A stretch of DNA of 42,232 nucleotides from assembly GCA_045533555.1 (NCBI GenBank), contig JAZSHZ010000094.1, forward strand, positions 1 to 42,232, read 5' to 3'. The DNA is from Eubacteriales bacterium. Its GTDB lineage: Bacteria > Bacillota > Clostridia > Oscillospirales > JAAYXM01. The position numbers and the translations under genes were made by a program. Below, in pieces: positions 1-7,225 of this stretch. Position 1 is the first letter of the stretch. Each line of letters begins with the position of its first letter. The notes beneath the pieces were generated by a model. That model worked only from the letters and a program-made list of their open reading frames with translations. It was not told the origin of the DNA and did not search any database.

Positions 1-13
1 AAAAACTTAGCCG

Positions 14-42
14 TTGCAATAAAAGTGAACTTATGATAAAAT
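14..42 (+). promoter_or_regulatory. sigma-A promoter for proB
   Basis: TTGCAA(14-19), 17-bp spacer, TAAAAT(37-42), with TG extended -10 at 34-35. Confidence 0.6.
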
Positions 43-75
43 ATATTGAATTAAGAAAAAAGGCAGGATAAAGAA

Positions 76-867
76 ATGCTTAAACCTGAAAACATAAAAA
101 GAATAGTCATCAAAATAGGAACATCGACGCTCACCCACAGAACGGGAAGGCTTGATCTTCGCCATCTGGAGACTCTTGCGCGAGTCCTTTCCGATATAAA
201 GAATATGGGGCTCGATGTCGTGCTTGTCACATCCGGAGCAATCGGTGTCGGTATGTCAAAACTCGGAATGACCGTTCGTCCGAAGGAGCTTCGCTATAAG
301 CAGGCGGCGGCATCCGGAGGTCAGTGCGAGCTTATGCACATATACGGTAAATTCTTTCTCGACTATTCGCAGGTTGTCGGTCAGATTCTTATAACGAAGA
401 GCGATATCGTCGAAGAAAACCGCCGCGAAAAGGTTGAGAATACCTTTGAAGCGCTCTTTGAGCTCGGTGCAATACCTGTTGTAAACGGAAATGATACCAC
501 GGGTGTCGATGAAATTCTCTTTGGCGATAACGACACTCTTTCGGCAGAGGTTGCGGCGCTTGTGGGCGCAGACCTTCTTGTCATATTCTCGGATATAGAC
601 GGACTTTACGATTCCGACCCGCGCGAAAATGAGGATGCAAAGCTCATCAGGCGAGTAACGGAGATAAATGATGAAATTCGCGCGCTTGCGGGCGGAGCGG
701 GAACGAAGCTCGGAACGGGCGGAATGGTGACGAAGATTCACGCCGCAGAGGTGTGCTTTGAAAACGATGTCCCGATGGTAATAACGAACGGAGCGGAGCT
801 TGAGAGCGTCTATGACATTCTTGCAGGAAGCGTTCCCGGAACTCTCTTTATGAAAGAGGAGAAATGA
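76..867 (+). CDS. proB: glutamate 5-kinase (short form, no PUA domain)
   Basis: IVIKIGTSTL, VTSGAI, NGNDT, FGDNDTLSA and GTGGMVTK amino-acid-kinase motifs; 263 aa. Confidence 0.95.
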   Translation: MLKPENIKRIVIKIGTSTLTHRTGRLDLRHLETLARVLSDIKNMGLDVVLVTSGAIGVGMSKLGMTVRPKELRYKQAAASGGQCELMHIYGKFFLDYSQVVGQILITKSDIVEENRREKVENTFEALFELGAIPVVNGNDTTGVDEILFGDNDTLSAEVAALVGADLLVIFSDIDGLYDSDPRENEDAKLIRRVTEINDEIRALAGGAGTKLGTGGMVTKIHAAEVCFENDVPMVITNGAELESVYDILAGSVPGTLFMKEEK

Positions 868-868
868 T

Positions 869-1684
869 ATGTCTTCATTCATATGCCCCGTGTGTCACAC
901 GGGGCTTTTGAAAAACGAAAAAACTTATGTATGTAAAAACGGGCATAGCTTCGATATTGCAAAAAAGGGCTATGTCAATCTCCTTATGTCTCAGGCGGGC
1001 GGTCAACACGGTGACGACAAGACGATGATCGCCGCCCGCGCAGATTTTCTCAATCGCGGCTTTTATGACAAACTTTCCGAAAAAATATCGGAGCTTGTTT
1101 TTGAAAACACAGGTGACGGAGCGAGAGTTCTCGATGCAGGCTGCGGCGAATGCAAATATACCGCAGATATTCTCGAATATCTCGGGAGCAAGGGAAAAAA
1201 CGCCGAGGTCATCGGAATTGATATTTCAAAGGAAGCGCTCGGCTATGCAAAAAGAAGGACGAATAAACTGAGCCTCGCGGTTGCATCATGCGCCGATATG
1301 CCGATTGCGGATGAAAGTGTCGATGTTCTCATAAACATTTTTGCGCCGTTTTCGGCAAAAGAGTTTAGCAGAGTGTTGAAAAAAGATGGAGTTATACTCC
1401 GCGTATACCCTCTTGCGAAGCATCTGTGGGAATTAAAAGAGCTTATCTATGATGTACCGTATGAAAACCCCGAGACGGATATGGAAGAAGAATTCTTCTC
1501 CGTCGAGGAGCGGCGTGAGGTAAGATATGAAATGAATTTTGAGACGAACGAGGATATAATGAGTCTCTTCAAAATGACACCCTATTTCTACCGCACGGGC
1601 GATGAGGACAAGAAAAAGCTTGAGAGCGCACAAAGCCTTCTCTGCCGCGCGGAATTCGGCATAGTTGTTTACAGGAAGAAATAA
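869..1684 (+). CDS. rlmA: RlmA-like 23S rRNA guanine-N1 methyltransferase
   Basis: N-terminal CPVC...CKNGHSFDIAKKGYVNLL zinc finger; LDAGCGE SAM-binding motif; MTPY near the C-terminus. Confidence 0.85.
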   Translation: MSSFICPVCHTGLLKNEKTYVCKNGHSFDIAKKGYVNLLMSQAGGQHGDDKTMIAARADFLNRGFYDKLSEKISELVFENTGDGARVLDAGCGECKYTADILEYLGSKGKNAEVIGIDISKEALGYAKRRTNKLSLAVASCADMPIADESVDVLINIFAPFSAKEFSRVLKKDGVILRVYPLAKHLWELKELIYDVPYENPETDMEEEFFSVEERREVRYEMNFETNEDIMSLFKMTPYFYRTGDEDKKKLESAQSLLCRAEFGIVVYRKK

Positions 1685-1690
1685 TCAACC

Positions 1691-1728
1691 AAGCTCGCGG
1701 AAAGATCCCGCGAGCTTGTTTTTATTTT
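1691..1728 (+). terminator. rho-independent terminator after rlmA
   Basis: AAGCTCGCGG/CCGCGAGCTT stem followed by GTTTTTATTTT. Confidence 0.85.
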
Positions 1729-1731
1729 CCC

Positions 1732-1760
1732 TTGACAAAGCCTATCCCATATACTACAAT
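1732..1760 (+). promoter_or_regulatory. near-consensus sigma-A promoter at the head of the AT-rich cassette array
   Basis: TTGACA(1732-1737), 17 bp, TACAAT(1755-1760). Confidence 0.75.
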
Positions 1761-1836
1761 GAAATTGACAAACAAATAACGAAAAAGAAGAAACGAAGCC
1801 ATAGATGCAATTGATGAAATAAAACAGGGGGTAGTT

Positions 1837-2412
1837 ATGAAGTATTTTAAACGTATAACTTGTGTGGTCAGTGTTTTGGTTTTTGTTGTTCTTTTTGCTT
1901 GTGCGATGAATGATCAATTTGATATAGCACAAAGGATAAAGGTGGCAACATATGATGTTAAAATAGAAAATGATGTCGTGAATCTGAGTAGTGTTTTGGT
2001 AGACAACGGAACTACATATGTTCCGTTGAGGGAGCTTTGTTGGGAACTGGGATATTACGCTAATTGGGAGCAGGAAAATTGGGCGGTAAATATATTTCCG
2101 TATGAATCAAAAAAGATTAATGTTTCTCCGACAACGAAATTAAAAGATGAAGGTGTGATTCCCGATAAAGAAACGGCATTGACGGTTGGTAAGGCAATAT
2201 TGGAGAAATATGCAGAAAAAAATTTGGAATATGAAAATGAAGAGGCTATTTATAAATTGGATGCAACGTATTTGGAGAATGAAGAAGCTTGGTTGGTAAT
2301 TCAAATATTTACTTTTAAAAATCCTTCAAGCGGAGGCGGAGCAGATCCTAACTATTTTCCGCAGATTAAACTTAATAAACACACAGGGGAAGTATTGTAT
2401 ATAAATGTATAA
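1837..2412 (+). CDS. secreted/membrane-anchored protein: copper-amine-oxidase-N-like (stalk) domain + NTF2-fold (YbbC/YhhH-like) immunity domain
   Basis: hydrophobic N-terminus; TTYVPLRELCWELGY stalk-type motif; GVIPDKETALTVGKAIL...W.V...GG..P.IKLNKHTGEVL resembles Rhs-associated YbbC/YhhH immunity proteins; AT-rich. Confidence 0.65.
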   Translation: MKYFKRITCVVSVLVFVVLFACAMNDQFDIAQRIKVATYDVKIENDVVNLSSVLVDNGTTYVPLRELCWELGYYANWEQENWAVNIFPYESKKINVSPTTKLKDEGVIPDKETALTVGKAILEKYAEKNLEYENEEAIYKLDATYLENEEAWLVIQIFTFKNPSSGGGADPNYFPQIKLNKHTGEVLYINV

Positions 2413-2430
2413 TACGGAGCAATTTGCAAT

Positions 2431-2563
2431 GACAGTGGGGGCGTACGTTCTTTGTCAACACTTCAAAGTCGGAAAATATTGCGCGAAACGGGCAGAGCAG
2501 AGCCCTGCCCTTACGGCGTGGCGGAAACCGCACTGTAAACGCAGAACGACATCGCCGAATGTC
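2431..2563. repeat. degenerate inter-cassette element: diverged left arm, REP-like hairpin, diverged right arm
   Basis: GACAGTGGGGGCGTACGTTCTTTGTC (2431-2456); hairpin GGGCAGAGCAGAGCCCTGCCCTTAC (2490-2514); AGAACGACATCGCCGAATGTC (2543-2563). The arms only loosely resemble those at 3352-3440. Confidence 0.45.
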
Positions 2564-2604
2564 GATACATTCAAATATAACGGCTAAGGGAGGGTGAGTT
2601 AAAA

Positions 2605-3315
2605 GTGCACAAGCGAAAAGTATTAGTGTTTGTATTTCTCGGATTGATTGTTATTGGGCTATTTGTTTTTGGTGAACAAGAATTCATCCAACCTTTTCAA
2701 TTGTCGATTTATCCAATGCGAATAGCTGGAGATAATTCATTTTGCTGTATTGATGTGAAAGAAAATGGGGAACTCACTGTAAGTGCCGGCGAACAGTACA
2801 TAAATGATAACTATCAGCTTGTCAACAACATAGACGGTGTTTTTTGGAGGGGGAAATTATCCCAACATAAGATATCAAAAATAAATAAACTTCTTGCAAA
2901 ATTAGAAACATGTGAAGAACACAACGAAATCGATATACTCATTGAGGGGCGCGCTTCGGATTATTTCAAATTGCTCTTTAATGGGAAAGAATACAAAACT
3001 ATTGTTTGGTTTGAAAAAACAGACCCCGGTCAAGAATATAGGACGGATAGCAACTACGTAATACAAATGTTAGGATATGAACTGTGTGAAGACATTCCTT
3101 TCAATGGACGGGACAGTGAATGGTGGAAGTGGTATTCTCAAAATATGATAATGGCACGCGATAAATTTGAACATGTGTATAAGCCGTTGTTGGGTGAATG
3201 GGATGTTTCAGTATGGAAAACCAACATAGGACACGAATTTATTGTGGAGCAATTTTCCGAGAGTGAGCGAGTTGAAAGACCCATTGAGAACATTTGCGTC
3301 AAAGATGCGATTTGA
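2605..3315 (+). CDS. hypothetical protein with N-terminal membrane anchor (cassette gene)
   Basis: GTG start with GGAGGG RBS; 236-aa ORF; one N-terminal hydrophobic helix; AT-rich; no recognisable family. Confidence 0.7.
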   Translation: MHKRKVLVFVFLGLIVIGLFVFGEQEFIQPFQLSIYPMRIAGDNSFCCIDVKENGELTVSAGEQYINDNYQLVNNIDGVFWRGKLSQHKISKINKLLAKLETCEEHNEIDILIEGRASDYFKLLFNGKEYKTIVWFEKTDPGQEYRTDSNYVIQMLGYELCEDIPFNGRDSEWWKWYSQNMIMARDKFEHVYKPLLGEWDVSVWKTNIGHEFIVEQFSESERVERPIENICVKDAI

Positions 3316-3351
3316 AGAAAAGGATGGTTGATTTGAGAATAAGGCAAGAAA

Positions 3352-3440
3352 GACAAGAGGACGGTTCTGCTGTCTTGACAAACGAATAACCTAAATCAAG
3401 CAGTAGGGCGGCAAACACAATAGAACCGTCCCTTTGTGTC
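3352..3440. repeat. ~89-bp MITE/REPIN-like element with imperfect terminal inverted repeats
   Basis: GGACGGTTCT (3359-3368) and AGAACCGTCC (3422-3431) are exact inverted copies inside GAC...GTC ends; each half recurs separately at 4140-4176 and 4908-4968. Confidence 0.85.
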
Positions 3441-3524
3441 AGAGAGGAGTTTCGGCAGAAGATAGTTGGGAAAATCCATCTGAATATGTTCTACGGTGAC
3501 ACGATTAGAATGAGGTGCTTTTTG

Positions 3525-4058
3525 ATGAAAACTAAAATTTTGCTGTTGATATCAAGTGTTTTTTATGGTGCAATTTGGTGTGTGTTCTTTACTGTATTGA
3601 CTGTCGCCTATAACGAAGGGGTTCTGTCTGTGTTTCAGGATTCATTTGGAAAAGGATTTTCTGTTCTCGCGGTAATTGTACTTATTCTGTCATTGACTTC
3701 GATTATATATTTGCGCTTTTTCATAAAGAGTGTAAAGAAGGTTCATATCATTTCGTATGTGCTAACAGTGACAGTTATGATGGCGGGATTTGTATTGGTT
3801 ATTGTGGGTGATAAGAAATTCGAAGAGTTTTCAACCGAAAAGTGGATTAAATATCCAGAGAGACGTATGACTATGTACTTCGATCTGATTGAAAAAAATG
3901 ATATTGTAGGATACACATACAGTCAAGTTGAATCTTTATTAGGACAACCAGATTACATTACAAAAGAGGAAATGTATGTTTACGATGATAAACATGGAAA
4001 TGAGGTGTATTTGAAGTTTGACAATGGAAAAGTAGAATTTGTTAATTATGCGGAATAA
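3525..4058 (+). CDS. three-TM membrane protein with C-terminal SmpA/BamE-like domain (cassette gene)
   Basis: ATG at 3525 with GAGGTG RBS, preferred over 3486; three hydrophobic segments, then FSTEKW...R...VGYTYSQVESLLGQPD...Y.Y....LKFDNGKV. Confidence 0.7.
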   Translation: MKTKILLLISSVFYGAIWCVFFTVLTVAYNEGVLSVFQDSFGKGFSVLAVIVLILSLTSIIYLRFFIKSVKKVHIISYVLTVTVMMAGFVLVIVGDKKFEEFSTEKWIKYPERRMTMYFDLIEKNDIVGYTYSQVESLLGQPDYITKEEMYVYDDKHGNEVYLKFDNGKVEFVNYAE

Positions 4059-4104
4059 GACAAGTGTGAGCCGTTTGGGGATGGACATTTTTGACACTAT
4101 TTTG

Positions 4105-4176
4105 AGGGCGGTGGCGAAACCGCCGCCCTTTACCCTCCGAGGGCGGCAAACACAATAGAACCGTCCCTTTGTGTCA
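4105..4176. repeat. REP-like hairpin plus right arm of the inter-cassette element
   Basis: AGGGCGGTGG/CCGCCGCCCT hairpin ending in TTAC (4105-4133); 4140-4176 is identical over 37 bp to 3405-3441. Confidence 0.85.
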
Positions 4177-4402
4177 AACGGACAGCATTAAAGAATTAAA
4201 AAATGCAACATCAGTATCTATTGGTGGAGGATTTGGAACAATTGGAGCAAGCATGGAATCTTCGGGAAACTATGTAACAGTTGCAGGTTCAGTAACCGAG
4301 GGCTTAAAGGGAATATTGCCTCCGGAAGTAAACTATGGATACTATGCCACTCTGAATGGTTCAATAACGATTTTCGAATTCTTGAATGAAAAGGAGAAAT
4401 AA
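4177..4402 (+). pseudogene. 5'-truncated gene fragment, possibly a polymorphic-toxin C-terminal tail
   Basis: the only start (TTG 4169) lies inside the repeat arm; Gly/Ser-rich beta-type sequence (SVSIGGGFGTIGASMESSG); its 3' end carries the AAGGAG RBS of the next gene, which starts 2 bp after the stop. Confidence 0.5.
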
Positions 4403-4404
4403 AT

Positions 4405-4908
4405 ATGAAAATGTATACCTGCAATTCGACGAAAGCAGCTTTTCTCAAAAGATTGAATGCGAATACAGGAGAATATAAAAAGGATAAGATTTATATAAAT
4501 ATGAATTTCAATGATAAAGAAGAAATTCTGTCTCACATCAGCGAAAACTCATTTCTGTTATATCCTTATTTCAGGAAGTTTTTGTTTTTTCTGCCTCCGA
4601 AAGCTTTTTGCTGTAAAATCGAAGAATCAGAAAGTGGCATCAATATAAGCGGAATGCTCAAGTTCACACGGGAAGTTGTTTCACAAATCATTACTAGTAT
4701 GTTAGTAATTATAATCGCCTTAATTAGCGCATATGTTAAAAGTTGGCACAATTTTGAAATTGAAGAAACCGCATTCATGTGTTTGGGTATTTGTTTGTTC
4801 TTCTTTTCTGTTATGGTTGTAGCATTTAACATATATTCTTGTTTATTCAAAAAGGAATATGAAAAGATATATGTTTTTTTATTAAAGTTGGCTGAGTCTT
4901 TTGAATAA
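4405..4908 (+). CDS. two-TM membrane protein, possible immunity protein (cassette gene)
   Basis: AAGGAG RBS; soluble N-terminal domain, then two TM helices; very AT-rich; stop codon abuts the next repeat arm. Confidence 0.7.
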   Translation: MKMYTCNSTKAAFLKRLNANTGEYKKDKIYINMNFNDKEEILSHISENSFLLYPYFRKFLFFLPPKAFCCKIEESESGINISGMLKFTREVVSQIITSMLVIIIALISAYVKSWHNFEIEETAFMCLGICLFFFSVMVVAFNIYSCLFKKEYEKIYVFLLKLAESFE

Positions 4909-4988
4909 CACAAAAGGACGGTTCTGTTGTGTTGACAAACGAATAACCTAAATCAAGAAAAAGGGCGGTAGCAAGCCTGCCGCCCTAC
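4908..4988. repeat. left arm of the inter-cassette element plus REP-like hairpin
   Basis: AGGACGGTTCTG and TTGACAAACGAATAACCTAAATCAAG (4932-4957, identical to 3375-3400); hairpin AGGGCGGTAG/CTGCCGCCCT ending in AC (4962-4988). Confidence 0.85.
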
Positions 4989-4992
4989 GTTC

Positions 4993-5418
4993 GTCATTCC
5001 GAGCAAGGCGCGCAATCTCTGCCTCGTTTTGTCATCTCGAGCGGAACGAAGTGTAGTCGAGGGATCTCTCCACTACGTCAAAGCTCTCCTTATGGCTCGT
5101 TTTTGACTGATCGCAAAAAGCTTCGCCTTATCGGAGGCTTCTCCTCTTTCCCATAAAGCAGGCTTTATGGGAGCCCTTATTTTCGCTTCAGTCGAGATGA
5201 CAAGGTGGAGAGTCTGCACCATACCTTGTAGGGGACGGCGTCCCCGACGTCCCGCGTTAACCAACCGACCTGCGGGCAAGGTGAAACCCATCGTAGGGGC
5301 GATTCACGAATCGCCCGCAGGTAGCAATATTCTTCCCCTACGACCGATGACGGAATTTGCGCGGAGGCGGCGGAACGGAGAGACCTCTTTGAGATTTCTT
5401 GACTACGCTCGAAATGAC
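4993..5418. repeat. nested cluster of palindromic REP/MITE-like elements
   Basis: outer IR GTCATTCCGAGC(4993-5004)/GCTCGAAATGAC(5407-5418); inner perfect IR TTGTCATCTCGA(5029-5040)/TCGAGATGACAA(5192-5203); GTAG-headed hairpins at 5228-5253 and 5293-5316. Confidence 0.75.
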
Positions 5419-5471
5419 AAAAAGGTGCTGGAAATAACTCGGGAGAGATTGTTTTTTTCGATACACCCCCG

Positions 5472-5511
5472 AAAAAAATGAGCGCGGAATTTTTCCGCGC
5501 TCATTGCTTTT
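5472..5511. terminator. bidirectional rho-independent terminator
   Basis: AATGAGCGCGGAA/TTCCGCGCTCATT stem, A-run on the left and T-rich on the right, between convergent units. Confidence 0.8.
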
Positions 5512-5515
5512 ATAT

Positions 5516-5680
5516 TTATTTCTTCTTAAAAATGCCGAGAAGCTTTGCGAGGCCTTTCGGTTCATCCTTTTTCGGATAGAACGTCACTTTATCCTCTTTC
5601 GGAAGCTTTTCTCCGCATTTCGGGCAGAAATTCATAAAGTTTTCGTTGAATTCAGTTTTGCACTTTTTGCAGTTTACCAT
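5516..5680 (-). CDS. 54-aa zinc-ribbon protein (not in the ORF track)
   Basis: manual translation MVNCKKCKTEFNENFMNFCPKCGEKLPKEDKVTFYPKKDEPKGLAKLLGIFKKK*; CxxC...FCPKCG; GAGGT RBS at 5688-5692; own promoter and terminator. Confidence 0.8.
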   Translation of the reverse strand: MVNCKKCKTEFNENFMNFCPKCGEKLPKEDKVTFYPKKDEPKGLAKLLGIFKKK

Positions 5681-5713
5681 TAAGATGACCTCGTTTCGGA
5701 ATAATCTAATTTA

Positions 5714-5742
5714 AAAATATCACAAAATCCGCCGTTTGTCAA
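5714..5742 (-). promoter_or_regulatory. sigma-A promoter for the small zinc-ribbon gene
   Basis: minus strand TTGACA (5742-5737), 17 bp, TATTTT (5719-5714), with TG extension. Confidence 0.55.
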
Positions 5743-5745
5743 CAA

Positions 5746-7059
5746 TTATCCCATAGGAGGAACGGGAATGGGACGGGTTTTATCGAAAACTGTGTTGACG
5801 TCAAATAGATCCGAAAGCCAATCGCGGTTGTCGTTTATCATATCGTAGTACATTCGGTAGCCATCAAGGTTTCGTCTGCCCTGACGGACGTAGCCGTTGC
5901 CGATCTGGAGCCATGCGCGGTTTCCGTCAACGTTGCAGAAATAATCAAAGCCGACGCTCTTGAGGAAGACGAAGCGCTCATTTGCACCGGTATATTTTTT
6001 CCAGTTTTCAATGTCCGCACCGAAGGGGTAGATGAGGATGTCCGTGTCGCCGATAATGGTCTCGACTTCGTTTTCCCAGCGCATTGTGTCCGTTTTGAGG
6101 TTTTCCATCGCCATTGTGCCCATATTTCTGTGACCCCAGCTGTGGCTTGCGAATTCCCATCCGTTTTCGCGGAGATTCTTTGCAACGGCTTTTGCCGCTT
6201 CGACATCATCTGCATATGTAGGATTATCGGAATATGAGGGGCAGGTGCGATAGCCGAGAACACCCTCATAGCCTGTCAGCGCAAGGATTCCCTTTGCACC
6301 GTGGTAGCTGAAATCGGGATGCTCCTCAACGAACTTGTCAAGCAGAGGGACAACGTCAAAATCGCCCGTTATGACGCTTCCGTCGTCCTGCTTCATCTCG
6401 CAGGTGGGCTTTCCGTCCTCACCGATGACGATTCTTGATGCAAAGCCGTCGCCATCCATATATTCATAATAGCAGACATCGTCGACCGAGAGGACAAACG
6501 GGCGCTTTCCCTCGGGAAGCATAATCTTTCCGGGTGTGACCGTGCCGTCGTCATTGACCGTCGCAATGTCGTGAAGCGAGACGAGGACATAGCCGCGCTC
6601 GTGCATCTGGCGCATCATCTCGTTGAACTCCGCAACGGTCGTCATAACCTGATTATACCCCGCTTCGGTGTATTCCCCGTCGAATGCCTTTGATGTGTCG
6701 GCAATAAGCGAATGGAAAAAGACGTGGGGAATCTCATAGAGGTCCGCCGCTACAAGGCTTTCCTTTGTTTTGGTTATCTCCTCGCGGATGGTGACCGCCT
6801 CCTCCGAGGTATAATCGGCAATAAGCGAAAGCGCCTCGTCATAGTCATATTTTTCGGAAAGAAGAGAGGCATAGCGAAGATTTATCTTCTCAAGCGCCGC
6901 GGAGACCTCCTCCGATGCCTTTATAAGAGCGGGGTTTACCCCGTCCTTCGGAAGAAGGAGCAGAACCGCGGCGACAGCGACTGCAATAACTGCCGCGATG
7001 CCTGCGATTATCCGGATTTTCGTTTTGCTCCGAAGTGCCGAGCCGCCATATATCTTCAT
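5746..7059 (-). CDS. membrane-anchored polysaccharide deacetylase (CE4/NodB family)
   Basis: N-terminal TM; HVFFHSL, LSVDD, FASHSWGH and IYPFG motifs. Confidence 0.85.
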   Translation of the reverse strand: MKIYGGSALRSKTKIRIIAGIAAVIAVAVAAVLLLLPKDGVNPALIKASEEVSAALEKINLRYASLLSEKYDYDEALSLIADYTSEEAVTIREEITKTKESLVAADLYEIPHVFFHSLIADTSKAFDGEYTEAGYNQVMTTVAEFNEMMRQMHERGYVLVSLHDIATVNDDGTVTPGKIMLPEGKRPFVLSVDDVCYYEYMDGDGFASRIVIGEDGKPTCEMKQDDGSVITGDFDVVPLLDKFVEEHPDFSYHGAKGILALTGYEGVLGYRTCPSYSDNPTYADDVEAAKAVAKNLRENGWEFASHSWGHRNMGTMAMENLKTDTMRWENEVETIIGDTDILIYPFGADIENWKKYTGANERFVFLKSVGFDYFCNVDGNRAWLQIGNGYVRQGRRNLDGYRMYYDMINDNRDWLSDLFDVNTVFDKTRPIPVPPMG

Positions 7060-7101
7060 ATCATTCGATCCCCCATAACGACAAATTTCGACTTTTTCTT
7101 T

Positions 7102-7130
7102 AGTATATCAAGCAAAAATAAATAAGTCAA
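7102..7130 (-). promoter_or_regulatory. sigma-A promoter for the deacetylase gene
   Basis: minus strand TTGACT, 17 bp, TATACT, with TG extension. Confidence 0.65.
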
Positions 7131-7225
7131 ATTACAATCCGTTAACAAAAAATTAAAATGGAAATAATATGAATATATAGAAAAATTTTTTCCGTTGTGC
7201 TACAATGGAAGCGGAGGGGATTTTT

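Noticed and set aside
2405-2587. 60-aa ORF in the track
   Set aside because: It reads through the palindromic spacer element and has no RBS; only its last codons may be a gene remnant.
3375-3403. TTGACA in the left arm as a cassette promoter
   Set aside because: There is no -10 hexamer at 16-18 bp in either copy.
3352-4990. CRISPR array or classical integron
   Set aside because: The units between repeats are gene-sized and irregular, with no cas genes. The arms lack an evident attC RYYYAAC...GTTRRRY layout, and no intI is present.
5073-5565. ORFs of 72, 104 and 75 aa
   Set aside because: They are translations of GC-rich palindromic repeats and a terminator (e.g. VGAIHESP, RGRRPRRP).
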